Source: a virus. From it: a DNA stretch of 64,000 bases. Each line of letters begins with the position of its first letter. The stretch's first letter is position 1. Both the position numbers and the translations under genes were made by a program. Shown piece after piece: positions 50,265-60,414 of this stretch. The stretch lies in the IMG/VR virus record IMGVR_UViG_3300005529_000030, positions 1-64,000 of that record, one strand, 5' to 3'. The notes under the pieces are model-generated. The model made no database searches, was not told the origin of the DNA, and worked only from the letters and a program-made list of their open reading frames with translations.

Positions 50265-50513
50265 TTATGCTCGGAAGATGTTGTAATGTCCGACATGGCC
50301 GAATCCATATTGACCATAAATTTTTTCAGCGATTGCTTTCGCTTCTTGATTGCAACTAGCCTCAAAAGTCTCCACAATTGGAGGGAATGGAACCGGTTCA
50401 TCCGTTTTTGGATGAAAATCCGAAATTCCGGGAGCATAAATACTAATTTCAAAAATCACGCCGAAAGCCTCCTTTTGCTTCAAAATAATCTCATATTTAC
50501 TGTGGCTTGTCAA
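50265..50513 (-). CDS. hypothetical protein
   Basis: Operon packing. Confidence 0.45.
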   Translation of the reverse strand: MTSHSKYEIILKQKEAFGVIFEISIYAPGISDFHPKTDEPVPFPPIVETFEASCNQEAKAIAEKIYGQYGFGHVGHYNIFRA

Positions 50514-50833
50514 GCCCTTCCTTGTGTACCCGATAAAAAGGCCGCTGTTCTTCTATTAATTGCTCCGTTTCAGAAATTCTTTCGGCCTGCGAGCGAGCAA
50601 AATCCAAAAGTTTCGCGGCACTTGCCACGGTTTCGTTATATTGTTTCTTTAATTGGTTGTTTTCTTGTATTAGTTCGTCAAATTTATCTTTAACAGCTTG
50701 ATACCGATTTCTATAAAAAGATATGGCATCGGCCACGGTCTTCAAATGTTCCGACACTTGTTTCGGATGTCCTTTTAACCATTCTTCCAAAAAACCCAAA
50801 CTATAGGCAAAATCTTTCTCTTCGACTTCCATA
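50497..50833 (-). CDS. coiled-coil hypothetical protein
   Basis: Likely start MEVEEK after GGAGA. Confidence 0.5.
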
Positions 50834-50837
50834 TTTA

Positions 50838-51149
50838 TTATTTCTCCAATCGTCCTCTTAGGGCATAACAAAAGAACTGAAGGCTCCGCTTCCAATTTAA
50901 ATAGCCCGCAATGATGTCGGCATGACACGGTTCCGGCGAACAGTAGCACCCTATTTTGGCATTTTCCGGTATTTCCTTTAATGCCTTTTCTCGCAATTTA
51001 CGTCCGTCTTCCGAATAAAAGTATAAAGCAAAGGCTTCCACCGCGTTTTTTCTAGGGTTTCCAAAACCCATAAAATTACCAAAAATTGTGGGTCGGCACA
51101 CGGGAATATCGCAAGACTCTTTTTTAATGTTCACTACCTTTACCGACAT
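50838..51149 (-). CDS. DUF4326 family protein
   Basis: VVN...D....RP..FGN; GC.C.P.PCHAD.I. Confidence 0.8.
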   Translation of the reverse strand: MSVKVVNIKKESCDIPVCRPTIFGNFMGFGNPRKNAVEAFALYFYSEDGRKLREKALKEIPENAKIGCYCSPEPCHADIIAGYLNWKRSLQFFCYALRGRLEK

Positions 51150-51447
51150 AAATAATATCCTCGTCTATGGAAATTCCCCTCGTCTTCAGAAAAAGTATGT
51201 CCTGCCAATTACAGTATAATTTATTATAATCCTTGTTTTTAAATTTGTTCTGTTCATCATATCTTTTCATGCTTTCTTGAATTTCAAGAAAATGGTCCGC
51301 CTCATGCAGGCGAATCAAAATGTCCAAACCTTTTTCGCTATAACTCCAAAAGTAAGGATTGGGGCAACCTTTATGGCGACACATGTAACAAAATTTAATC
51401 ATAAATTTGGGGCACGGGCGACGGATACGGAAAATAAACTCTGGCAA
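51124..51447 (-). CDS. hypothetical protein
   Basis: CRHKGC; operon packing. Confidence 0.4.
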   Translation of the reverse strand: MPEFIFRIRRPCPKFMIKFCYMCRHKGCPNPYFWSYSEKGLDILIRLHEADHFLEIQESMKRYDEQNKFKNKDYNKLYCNWQDILFLKTRGISIDEDIIYVGKGSEH

Positions 51448-51934
51448 GCCAACCCGATAAAAATTTATTTTGATTATTATATGCGGCTATCTGTCTATAA
51501 AAATCCTCCCACTCCGCTCGAAACATTGAAGCCACTATTTCAGGCTGTTTGGAGTTACAAGTGTTAATGGTAATCGGTCCGCAAATTCCATCCTGTTTTA
51601 TGTCCAAAACTTTTTGTAAAACACGAACGGCACCGGATGGAGAATTATTTACAGCCAAACTAAACACGGGAGCGGCCACAATATCGGATTGAATTTCATC
51701 TCCTCGTATGGGCACCCAATAAAATTTCTTGTACACCGATTTGGCGTAAGCTACGGCTTGGGCAAACGGCATTGTAGTAAAGTATTCGGAAGGAACATCA
51801 TTAGCATGATAACGCTGAGTAATTCCAAGCCGAGTTAATCCTGCCCCGTCCCCTAAATCCACGATTTTACCTGGTTCTTTTTTATCGTCTTCTTGGAAAA
51901 GAACCCACCTAACAATAGGTTCAAAGTCGGCCAT
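51395..51934 (-). CDS. glycoside hydrolase family 108 lysozyme (endolysin)
   Basis: E..D.G.T..GIT, YK..YW, AVN, LQ..L...DG.CGP.T, FL.GWL.R. Confidence 0.85.
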   Translation of the reverse strand: MADFEPIVRWVLFQEDDKKEPGKIVDLGDGAGLTRLGITQRYHANDVPSEYFTTMPFAQAVAYAKSVYKKFYWVPIRGDEIQSDIVAAPVFSLAVNNSPSGAVRVLQKVLDIKQDGICGPITINTCNSKQPEIVASMFRAEWEDFYRQIAAYNNQNKFLSGWLARVYFPYPSPVPQIYD

Positions 51935-52513
51935 TCATCTTCTCCACGCCCATCCTTTCGCCACGAATTTATCAAATTCTACGGGCATATAATTGGTGTA
52001 CTCCACGGCAAGCAATCTTTGCCAAGGATATAAAAGTTTTCCTTTTTTGGCCGAAATAAAAAACTCATCTTTTTGTTTTTCGGGGTCGTCGGCAAGAAAT
52101 CCATCCCAAACATTGTGTAAATGTCCGTGAATATTGATATGAGTACCGCGAGGCAAAGGCGCTCGCCACGGTTTATGCGTAAGCCAAGCGCCGCGATAAA
52201 TCAGTCCGTCGCAAGCCATATCGAATCCATTTTGTACATACCATTGGCACGATTTTGTGTCGTGGTTCCCGCGAATGAGCCACTTCTTGCCCGGCCATTT
52301 TTGCACAGTCGGCATAAATACGTCAGTTTTGCCTATTCCTATATCGCCCAAATGAATCAAAATATCATTCGGACTCACCATTCGACGAATGTTGGCATCA
52401 ATACGTTCCGTATGGTCATCCGGTCGCTGACAATAGGTCTTAATATTGTTGTGGTTCAAGTGAGTATCAGTAATTAGCCAAGTTTTCATTTTTTTTCTAT
52501 GTCTCGATACCAA
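51935..52513 (-). CDS. calcineurin-like metallophosphoesterase
   Basis: DTH, HLGD, GNHD, THKP, HGHLH. Confidence 0.9.
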   Translation of the reverse strand: MVSRHRKKMKTWLITDTHLNHNNIKTYCQRPDDHTERIDANIRRMVSPNDILIHLGDIGIGKTDVFMPTVQKWPGKKWLIRGNHDTKSCQWYVQNGFDMACDGLIYRGAWLTHKPWRAPLPRGTHINIHGHLHNVWDGFLADDPEKQKDEFFISAKKGKLLYPWQRLLAVEYTNYMPVEFDKFVAKGWAWRR

Positions 52514-53267
52514 AAAAATCTATGTATTTCTTTATCTCCAAAATTTGCTTCATTTTATTGTGGCCGTCCCAACATCTACGACGAAGCATATCATATCTTG
52601 AATCTTTTTTGCTAGGATTATTTTCCTGTGTTTGTATGTTCACTCCGGGAACCCAAACAACTATTCTGCCCGCCTGCTTCATTCTTAAAAACCACAGACC
52701 ATGCTCTCCGCCTATTTTAATTGATTCGGGCCAATGAATCAACCGATGCGTTCGCGCCAAAAAATAGTTAGCTGCAATATCTACCTTATAGCAGTTGGGG
52801 TCGGTATTGTAAAGCGGATTTTTATCGCCATCAAACAAAATCTCTTTTAGGTAAGTTCCTCTAGAATACTCAAGAAACCCCTCATACGGTCTATCATTTA
52901 CTCTGCCTGCCGCTACGCTCACTTCGGGATTTCGGTCTAAAGTCATTTTGAGTAACTCAACGCCCATTCTAGATTCTTCATCGAAAACAAAATCGTCGCT
53001 CGCTAGAAGTAAATATTCAGTCTTGGTATTTTCAATTAGAGCGTTTCTTTTTGCGCCTAAGCCCGAATCGAAGCTTAAACGTACCATTTCTTCACTAGAC
53101 AAAGGCGGCGGAACGTCTGAATCGTCCGCCACAAGCCACCTGCAATCAGAGAAATTTATTCTGATACCATGCAAAGATTGTCGCAAATATCCGTGACGAA
53201 GAAATGATGTTATGCCTATAGTTATATTAGAAAGATTCATTTTAATTTCCACGACTCCCACACCCAA
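52497..53267 (-). CDS. GT2-family glycosyltransferase
   Basis: GITSF.R, VADDS, GL.AKRN, SDD, GEH..F. Confidence 0.8.
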   Translation of the reverse strand: MGVGVVEIKMNLSNITIGITSFLRHGYLRQSLHGIRINFSDCRWLVADDSDVPPPLSSEEMVRLSFDSGLGAKRNALIENTKTEYLLLASDDFVFDEESRMGVELLKMTLDRNPEVSVAAGRVNDRPYEGFLEYSRGTYLKEILFDGDKNPLYNTDPNCYKVDIAANYFLARTHRLIHWPESIKIGGEHGLWFLRMKQAGRIVVWVPGVNIQTQENNPSKKDSRYDMLRRRCWDGHNKMKQILEIKKYIDFFGIET

Positions 53268-54868
53268 GGATAATTGAAACTCTCGACATGGGTTTTTCTA
53301 AGCTCTGTTCTAATTGCTTCTCTAAGAATCTCGGCATTAGGGTAAAATTTGTGAAATTGAATTTGAACATTTCGGCACTTTTGAATGTATCCCGTTTCTA
53401 TGAGACGAGGCAATATCTCAAACTCCGCGCCTTCTGCGTTAAGACTTATCAAATCGGCTTCAATTATGTTTCGTTCAAAAAATTCGGCTGCATCTACAAC
53501 ATTAGCAATTATCGGAACGGGTTTTCCGTAAACAGGGTCCGGCGGAAGCTCCGGTTGATTTTGTCCGCCGCGAAACAAGCTGCTGTTTTGACCTTGGCTA
53601 GCAATGGTTCTATTTCCATTTTTATGCGACAATCCTATATTATGCAGCGTCACTTTAGGATTGTTTTTGAATCTAAAAACGCATGCATGATAAAAATCCT
53701 CTATTGGTTCTATTACGTGAACAAAACAATTATATCTTTTTACAATATCGTCCGTAAACGCTCCTCTATATCCACCAACATCTATCACGACACTGTTTTC
53801 ATTAAGAGGATAGTTTTTCGTATCTTCGTGGTCGGAATACTGCCCCCAATAAATCTGCCTTAATATGTCATCGAATATATAATCTAAATTCTTTGTTATG
53901 CCCCAATTCGGATAATGTTTTTTTAATTTGGAAAAATCCGTAATGTAGCATTTGTGGTCTCCCGAACGAGGAACATTTACATATTCTCGTTTTACGGGTT
54001 TTCCTATGATGCCTTCCACCTTGGCAATGGCCTCAAGTATTGATATGCTGTTTCCTCTGCCTCCGCCAATATTATAAATTTCTCCTGCTATAGGATTTTT
54101 GATTATCTCTTCCACGGCTCGCATAACGTCATAGGAATGGATATTATCTCGAACTTGCTTTCCTTCATAACCAAAAATTTTATACACGCCGTCTGTAGCG
54201 GCTGTTTTAATTAAGTGCGAAAGAAAGCCGTGCATTTCAACACCCGAATGCCCCGGACCCGTCAAACAACCGCCTCTAAGAACTACGGTTTTTAAGCCTT
54301 TCGCCGCATAAATTTGAACCGTTAAATCTGCTTCGAGTTTATGCCGTCCAAATGTATTATTGGCTCCGATTGAAGTCGTCTCATCGAATCCTCGCCACGC
54401 TCTTTTATCAAAACGAGTTTGAAATTCTTCAAATTCCATACTGTTAACGGCATTATCGTAAACTTTATTGGTGCTCATAAATATAAAGACAGCGTTCGGA
54501 CTATGCTTTAACGTACATTCCAATAAATTCTTGGTGCCCTGAACGTTGACGCCGTAATCTATTTCAGGATTCTTTTCGGCATAATCATGCGAAGGCTGAG
54601 CGGCGCAATGAATAACCGCGTCGTATGGTGCGCCTTGAAAAACATAATTTTGCAGCGCATTCATATCCTGAATATCGGCTTCGTGATGTGCATATCTGAT
54701 AACTTTATGAACCACGCGATGCAAATTCCATAAAATATCCGCCGAATCTCCGAAAAACTTCTTTCGCATGTTATTGTCCACACCTACGATTTCGTGGCCG
54801 CGAGAACCAAAATATTCTACTGCTTCGCCTCCAATTAATCCGCCGCTTCCCGTCACTAAAATTTTCAT
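53237..54868 (-). CDS. NDP-sugar epimerase (CDP-paratose 2-epimerase-like) fused to FkbM methyltransferase
   Basis: TGSGGLIG, HCAAQPSHD, STNKVY, GKQVRDN; then IDVGGY.G..IEP..NAEGAE. Confidence 0.85.
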   Translation of the reverse strand: MKILVTGSGGLIGGEAVEYFGSRGHEIVGVDNNMRKKFFGDSADILWNLHRVVHKVIRYAHHEADIQDMNALQNYVFQGAPYDAVIHCAAQPSHDYAEKNPEIDYGVNVQGTKNLLECTLKHSPNAVFIFMSTNKVYDNAVNSMEFEEFQTRFDKRAWRGFDETTSIGANNTFGRHKLEADLTVQIYAAKGLKTVVLRGGCLTGPGHSGVEMHGFLSHLIKTAATDGVYKIFGYEGKQVRDNIHSYDVMRAVEEIIKNPIAGEIYNIGGGRGNSISILEAIAKVEGIIGKPVKREYVNVPRSGDHKCYITDFSKLKKHYPNWGITKNLDYIFDDILRQIYWGQYSDHEDTKNYPLNENSVVIDVGGYRGAFTDDIVKRYNCFVHVIEPIEDFYHACVFRFKNNPKVTLHNIGLSHKNGNRTIASQGQNSSLFRGGQNQPELPPDPVYGKPVPIIANVVDAAEFFERNIIEADLISLNAEGAEFEILPRLIETGYIQKCRNVQIQFHKFYPNAEILREAIRTELRKTHVESFNYPWVWESWKLK

Positions 54869-54885
54869 TTAGAATTTCTCCGGTA

Positions 54886-55437
54886 TTAGATATTATATCT
54901 ACCATCGTGCACAATTAATACGCCGTGTAAAAATACAGCTTTATAACCTTCAGGTATTGTAATAGCCGCATCGGGTCCTTCGTATCCATTGCATCGGTCA
55001 GGTTTCACGTCGTCTATCACAATTAAAGAATCGGGCCGTTCCTCAGTAATGATTTTCAATTCCTCGTTTATTTGGTCTCCGTCGTTTTCGGTTGTTCCGC
55101 CTGTTATATGAGCATCTAGCCAAAATAGCAGAGGTCCTGAGGGAACATTTGATAATACGCCTCTTAAAATACGCCGACTAGAACCATGATACAATTTAAC
55201 ATGTCTGTCTTCCGCAAACCGTCTCACAACACTATCATATATGGATTTTTGAATCTCAATACTGTGTATCTCAGAAAAGCAATGTTTAACCGCATTAATT
55301 GTGCCGCCATAACACGTTCCAGTTTCCACTAGAATCTGAAGATTGAATCTTTCCCCCAATTCTATAAGTAGAGCGTGCTTCCACTCAGCTTGCGGGGATA
55401 AAAACGACACAAATTTAGGATTATTCAAATCAATCAT
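54886..55437 (-). CDS. class I SAM methyltransferase-like protein
   Basis: VETGT..G, SIE, FWLDAH, IDD. Confidence 0.75.
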   Translation of the reverse strand: MIDLNNPKFVSFLSPQAEWKHALLIELGERFNLQILVETGTCYGGTINAVKHCFSEIHSIEIQKSIYDSVVRRFAEDRHVKLYHGSSRRILRGVLSNVPSGPLLFWLDAHITGGTTENDGDQINEELKIITEERPDSLIVIDDVKPDRCNGYEGPDAAITIPEGYKAVFLHGVLIVHDGRYNI

Positions 55438-56282
55438 AGTTTAATCCACCTTTCAGGAATTATATCTTTTGGATTTTCTGGCGCATTTAAGAACCATTGG
55501 GACGGGGCACAAATAATTCCTTTTTGTCTGATTTCTCCGAGCCATGCGCCCCACCAAGCAAATGTAGAATTAGCTATAATGTGATGCCTACACCAAGACA
55601 TTAAATTAATGTCTAAATGTTCAGTGCCTAAATGTTCCGGCGTTGTTTGGTCAAAGCTACCCATGATTTCAAACGGAACATCGGGAATAATATTCGTAAA
55701 ATTTTGTTCGCACCATTTCGGTTCGTCAGAGAACACGAAAAACGTAGGATTTTCGGCATTTATAAATTTGGCTGCTGTCCTGTAGTATTCGGCGGGTAAG
55801 ACGCCGTGAAAATCAGATTTCAAATAATCCGTGCGGCGTATGCAAACTGCGATGCTGTTTTCAACGCTTTTTATTCGGTTTAGCCTGTGATAATAATCTC
55901 CTTGTATAGAAACATCAGTAAAAATTGAAAACAAATCTTGCTTTATGTCCCCAAAAGGAACGGACGAACCGAGCGCATCCCAAGAAAAATACTTTTCGGT
56001 TTGCCAATATCCGCTTAAAATTTCGTCGCACTTTATGGAATCAACTATGGCTTTATTATACGGCATGCCCGATTCGGAAATTGTGGCCTTCACGTATCCT
56101 ATTACCGTTTTTTCATTCACTCGTGGAAACAAATTAAGATTGAAACGCCTTAAAGAATCTCCCACAAATGATGAAATATCCAACAATAAATCAGTCTGCC
56201 ACCTTTTTGCTTGGGCCAATCCCATAGCATATTGGAACATTTGATTTCCAATGCCGCCCCGCAGTCTAGTTACTATTGTCAT
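55434..56282 (-). CDS. alpha-1,2-fucosyltransferase (GT11)
   Basis: GGIGNQMFQYA, GYWQ.EKYF, IRRTDY, VFSD, IIANSTF.WWGAWL. Confidence 0.9.
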   Translation of the reverse strand: MTIVTRLRGGIGNQMFQYAMGLAQAKRWQTDLLLDISSFVGDSLRRFNLNLFPRVNEKTVIGYVKATISESGMPYNKAIVDSIKCDEILSGYWQTEKYFSWDALGSSVPFGDIKQDLFSIFTDVSIQGDYYHRLNRIKSVENSIAVCIRRTDYLKSDFHGVLPAEYYRTAAKFINAENPTFFVFSDEPKWCEQNFTNIIPDVPFEIMGSFDQTTPEHLGTEHLDINLMSWCRHHIIANSTFAWWGAWLGEIRQKGIICAPSQWFLNAPENPKDIIPERWIKL

Positions 56283-56967
56283 TATCTTCCTTATACATTA
56301 AATCTGGATTCCCCAAGCGAAAACTTCGGTACATCATTTCAGGACAATAAAATCTGTATTTCCGCGTTCTCTTAAAATGCCAAGCGGAATAATTTTCTAA
56401 TTTGGGAAGATGAGCCGCCGTCATTCTTCCCGATTGTATCTCAGGACCTAGAACTTGGCCTACCCATAAATCTTCCGCCCAAACATCGGGAGTTTTCTTC
56501 GCTATAAATTGCGCTGCTTTTTTAGACAAAAAATATCCGACTCCACCACTAGCCCAAGGATGGCAATTTGGATAATATCCTATATGGTCTCTATAATCTT
56601 TTGTCTGCCCTATGGGGCAGTGTCTATCCATTGAACCCGAATAGTCATACCTATCATAATCCAAGGACATTAATCGTGTTGGTATTATAAAAGTGTCGTT
56701 ATCACAGAGATAAATATATTCAAATCTATCTCCCGCCCATTCTAAAATTTTCTTTGTCTTGAGCGGCAAACTAAGATAATCGTCAGGACAATCAAGCAGA
56801 ACCTCATCGGAAGAGGGAACCACCCCCGTTAAACCACCCATAAAAAATACCATTCGGGATACTTGTTTGCCCCAAGTATCCCTGATAGCTTGATGGTACG
56901 ATTGATGCTGTTGACAGCTTTTAACGGCTATCAACATGTGTTCAACGGCCATAACTAATTCCATCAA
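56266..56967 (-). CDS. GT31 / fringe-like glycosyltransferase
   Basis: IRDTW, D.Y..L..KT, CDND, SGG.GY.LS, EDLWVG. Confidence 0.8.
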   Translation of the reverse strand: MMELVMAVEHMLIAVKSCQQHQSYHQAIRDTWGKQVSRMVFFMGGLTGVVPSSDEVLLDCPDDYLSLPLKTKKILEWAGDRFEYIYLCDNDTFIIPTRLMSLDYDRYDYSGSMDRHCPIGQTKDYRDHIGYYPNCHPWASGGVGYFLSKKAAQFIAKKTPDVWAEDLWVGQVLGPEIQSGRMTAAHLPKLENYSAWHFKRTRKYRFYCPEMMYRSFRLGNPDLMYKEDNDNSN

Positions 56968-57777
56968 TTACAGCGCGGCCTTCCGAAATCGGTAGTACGA
57001 ATCCAGCGGCATTTTTATGCCCGCCGCCACCAAACTGTCTTGCAATTTCGCTAACGTCTAAATCTCCCCTGCTTCTCAATGAAAATTGAATTTTATTGTC
57101 GGCCCGTTCAAACCAAGTCAAACTTAATCCCGTCTCTTCAGTTAATTTTTCTCCTACTTCACTGCAATTTATATAAGGGACATTCAGAATCATCAAATCT
57201 AGTTCGTTTTCTCCGACCTTAATTTTTCCTCGCTTAGATTGTTTTGCTACATCATTAACATAATGTTCTATTTGTAAAGTTATGTATCTTCCTATAAAAA
57301 TTGCTTGTTCCTCGTCGTATTTTACAAGACGGTCCCAAGCTTCCAACGAGCGCGGAAATGTCATAATAAAAGCATTTACATATCGTGAATACGGAAGTTT
57401 CCATCTCCACAAATCTCTGTCTTCGACATAATTCACCCACCAAGGGCGCGGCCCATTAAAAAATAATCCCAAGTAATTCCGACTCCGCTCTTATTCATGT
57501 CAAAAACAGCATACGGTTCATTTTCGAGTTCCGCCTGTGCGGTTTTATGGTGGTCAAGAATAAGAAAGCTTTTCGACAATTCGGCTAATTTTCTATTTTG
57601 TTCTCTTTTTCTCCAAGAAAAATCCACAACTAAAACATCTCTTCCAGAGACTCGATTATACGGAGGCTCCGTACCGTAGTCTAATGGTAATAATTCCGCT
57701 TCGGGATATTTCATTTTCGCCACGTAAGCGGCAGAAAAACCGTCTGGACAGTTATTATGATATATAATTATATCCAT
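56942..57777 (-). CDS. DHH/DHHA1 phosphoesterase, split by a -1 frameshift near 57460
   Basis: YH..CPDG, VDFS, DHH in 57433..57777; EDRDLW, SLRS, GGGGH..AAG in 56942..57472. Confidence 0.8.
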
Positions 57778-57943
57778 TATTTTGCGTACCTAAATTTACA
57801 AATTTTACTGCTTCTGTGGCGCGTTCCGCAAATTTGACACTTTATCATTTTTCCCAATTCTGGGTGTCTGCCCGAAAAAGAACGAGACCTGATTTCTTTT
57901 AATGCTATATCCGCCACAATCTTCACTTTTGTCTTATCTTCAT

Positions 57944-58582
57944 TCATACGGACCTGCCATAATCGTACTTCCGTCCAACCATTGTTGTCAAATCATTTTT
58001 TGGCTCTAATCTCAATGAAAGAGGAAACGGAGTTTCATCGGGAGATTTTATCCACTCGGCCCATATTCGGTCGAATTCCTTAACATTAATATAATCAGTC
58101 AAAAGTTGGACAAAACACTTTTTGGTGAGAAGATTATACTCTTCCCATCTCTCTCTTGCCGCGTTTTGGCCGCCACCGTAAAGTCCCAACGCTCTGAGAA
58201 TGTGCTTAGCTTCTATAGTTGGAGACTTCTTGACTTTAACCGTAGTTATGTTTCTTTTTCCATCTCGTGAAATTGTGCGTATTATATCGGGGCCAAAAAT
58301 CTTAGTAAATTTTTTAACAATGACTCGCCCAGTACCCAAACAATTTTTACAAGATTTTTTGAAACTTTTTCCGTCCAAACAACAATTTAAGCAGACAACA
58401 ATTTTTTCTATTGTCTTTTTAACTTCTGTGTATTTGGCCAAGCCGAGTTTCACTTCTTCAGCGGCTTTTTCCGATGATATACGCTTGCGGCATCGGCATT
58501 TCTCAGGACTTGCAGGCGTATCTTTTTCAAAACCTTTCTTGTGCTGAAAACATGTATGCACAAGTACAGTATCTTTTTCCAT
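57944..58582 (-). CDS. Cys-rich hypothetical protein
   Basis: C..C...CKNC.GTG DnaJ-like Zn motif. Confidence 0.55.
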   Translation of the reverse strand: MEKDTVLVHTCFQHKKGFEKDTPASPEKCRCRKRISSEKAAEEVKLGLAKYTEVKKTIEKIVVCLNCCLDGKSFKKSCKNCLGTGRVIVKKFTKIFGPDIIRTISRDGKRNITTVKVKKSPTIEAKHILRALGLYGGGQNAARERWEEYNLLTKKCFVQLLTDYINVKEFDRIWAEWIKSPDETPFPLSLRLEPKNDLTTMVGRKYDYGRSV

Positions 58583-58636
58583 TTATCCCCAAATAGCTCC
58601 TTTGGACGTAAATTTCGCGCCCCAAAAATTAAATCT

Positions 58637-59020
58637 TCAATAGGCGGACCGTGTAGTTTTGTTACTTTTTATCCACCCATTTAGTCTTTCTAATATCCTC
58701 TTTACTGCTTTTCTTGACATCCCCATTACTTCGGCTGTGGCGGCAGCGGTCAGTCCTACTCGATAATATAAGTAAATGACGCAAACAGTTTTACGGGCCG
58801 CTTTATGCTCACGACGATTAGTATTTAATCTAGGAAATCGTTTCTGTATTAACTCTTTCACTTTTGTATCGCTTAATACCCAAGTCGGCACCTTCATCAT
58901 TCTTTCTGCATGTTTCGTGGCCCCTCCTACATTAATAATGCTGTGGCCGCCATTTACGAATGAGTCTGCGCCATCTAAAGACGTTCTAAGTTTAGAAAGA
59001 GCCTCTCTTTCTTTAGACAT
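58637..59020 (-). CDS. sigma-region-4-like HTH protein
   Basis: LYY..GLT...TAE.MGMS..AVK. Confidence 0.6.
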   Translation of the reverse strand: MSKEREALSKLRTSLDGADSFVNGGHSIINVGGATKHAERMMKVPTWVLSDTKVKELIQKRFPRLNTNRREHKAARKTVCVIYLYYRVGLTAAATAEVMGMSRKAVKRILERLNGWIKSNKTTRSAY

Positions 59021-59315
59021 CTCTAAAAAACTCCGTTTTTAATTTATTTTGTTCTGTCTTAGAAAGAAATTGAAAAGATTCCCAATCATACCCACAATTA
59101 ACCAAAAACTCAAGAAATTTTTTGATTATAATTTCTTCGTCAATGGATTCTATAAGCTCATCTTCGGCGCACCGCGGCCCAAAAACGGTCTCCCCCAATA
59201 CAGAACTATGTGGAGCGTTCCCTGATAATTTTTCGCCTGTAGGGAATACTACAAAAGTGTTCATTTTCATTTTATTGCTAATCCTCTTGAAACAGTTCGT
59301 CAAATGATTGTTCAT
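59013..59315 (-). CDS. hypothetical protein
   Basis: Operon packing. Confidence 0.45.
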   Translation of the reverse strand: MNNHLTNCFKRISNKMKMNTFVVFPTGEKLSGNAPHSSVLGETVFGPRCAEDELIESIDEEIIIKKFLEFLVNCGYDWESFQFLSKTEQNKLKTEFFRDV

Positions 59316-60414
59316 CTAATTTGACGAAATTATGCTGTTTGAAAACTTCGTCCCCAAGCACGAACGCTCTAAAATATGCGTCATCTCTATCGTTTCGTGG
59401 GTATCTAATTCCAAAAGTTTGTGGCCAATTTCCAGTTTTCCAACAGTTTACAATTTGAACAATCTGTCGAGCCGCGTTTCGGCCCGCATCTTCAGCGGAT
59501 TGCTCTGTAACAATTCCCGAATTAAATTGCAGCCGTTGTTTGGTCACGGAAGATTTGGGAACACGAACGGCATTTTTTTCTAGCCAAGCCTGCTGTTCGT
59601 CGGCTTTAACTTTATCCGTTTCCCTGATTAGGAAATCCGCCATAACTAGCCAAACGAAATCGTCATCAATTTTAGCTGTGATGTATTCTTTTCCGACTTC
59701 CAAATTTCCGAAAGATTCTAAAAGTGTAACATTACTTCCTCGTTTTATCCCCAATGGCGATTTCTTGAACCAAAGGAACGCCACATCCCGAATGCCTGTT
59801 AGCCAAGAATACCTTCTAAGTTGAGAGTCGAAGGCGGCGATTCCTTGCTGCTCGGGAAAATCTACTGCGCTTGTTTTAATGTCAACAATAAGCGGCCTGA
59901 CGGCGGCTTGGCACCCATTATCAATAAGAGCGGGATGTTTCGGGTCGGTATAGCATACTATATCAACTTTGCCCGCATCTTCAATTTCTCCGTAATTCGG
60001 GTCTCCTGGAAAGACTTCTTTTGCATATTCACGTTGGAAAATAGAATTTGCCCCTATCGGTATCGGAAGTTTTGGTTGAACGGCTGAGTACAACCTAATC
60101 ATATCCGTTCCAATTTTCAGGCAAGTCTCCCAATTTTTTTCAACATCAGTGTAGGCTATATTTTGGGCATCTTTATATTCAGCCCAACGTCGAGAAAAAT
60201 CTTGAACCGCGCCTTCTCCATTATGGCTATGATAAAATTCAATACTTTCTTCTAACGCTCGGCCAAATAAAAATCTAGCCTTATTATCTTTTTCCTTCCA
60301 TCCTAAAACTCGGCGTAAATAATATTTGTAGGGGCATTGGTCGAAATCGTTCCCCGCCGAATAACTGTGTTTTTTCCAAGGTACACCTTTTGAATTAATG
60401 TATAAATAAGGCAT
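59278..60414 (-). CDS. PD-(D/E)XK RecB-like exonuclease
   Basis: SYS....CP..Y, G.VD, IVDIKTS, QL..Y. Confidence 0.8.
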   Translation of the reverse strand: MPYLYINSKGVPWKKHSYSAGNDFDQCPYKYYLRRVLGWKEKDNKARFLFGRALEESIEFYHSHNGEGAVQDFSRRWAEYKDAQNIAYTDVEKNWETCLKIGTDMIRLYSAVQPKLPIPIGANSIFQREYAKEVFPGDPNYGEIEDAGKVDIVCYTDPKHPALIDNGCQAAVRPLIVDIKTSAVDFPEQQGIAAFDSQLRRYSWLTGIRDVAFLWFKKSPLGIKRGSNVTLLESFGNLEVGKEYITAKIDDDFVWLVMADFLIRETDKVKADEQQAWLEKNAVRVPKSSVTKQRLQFNSGIVTEQSAEDAGRNAARQIVQIVNCWKTGNWPQTFGIRYPRNDRDDAYFRAFVLGDEVFKQHNFVKLDEQSFDELFQED

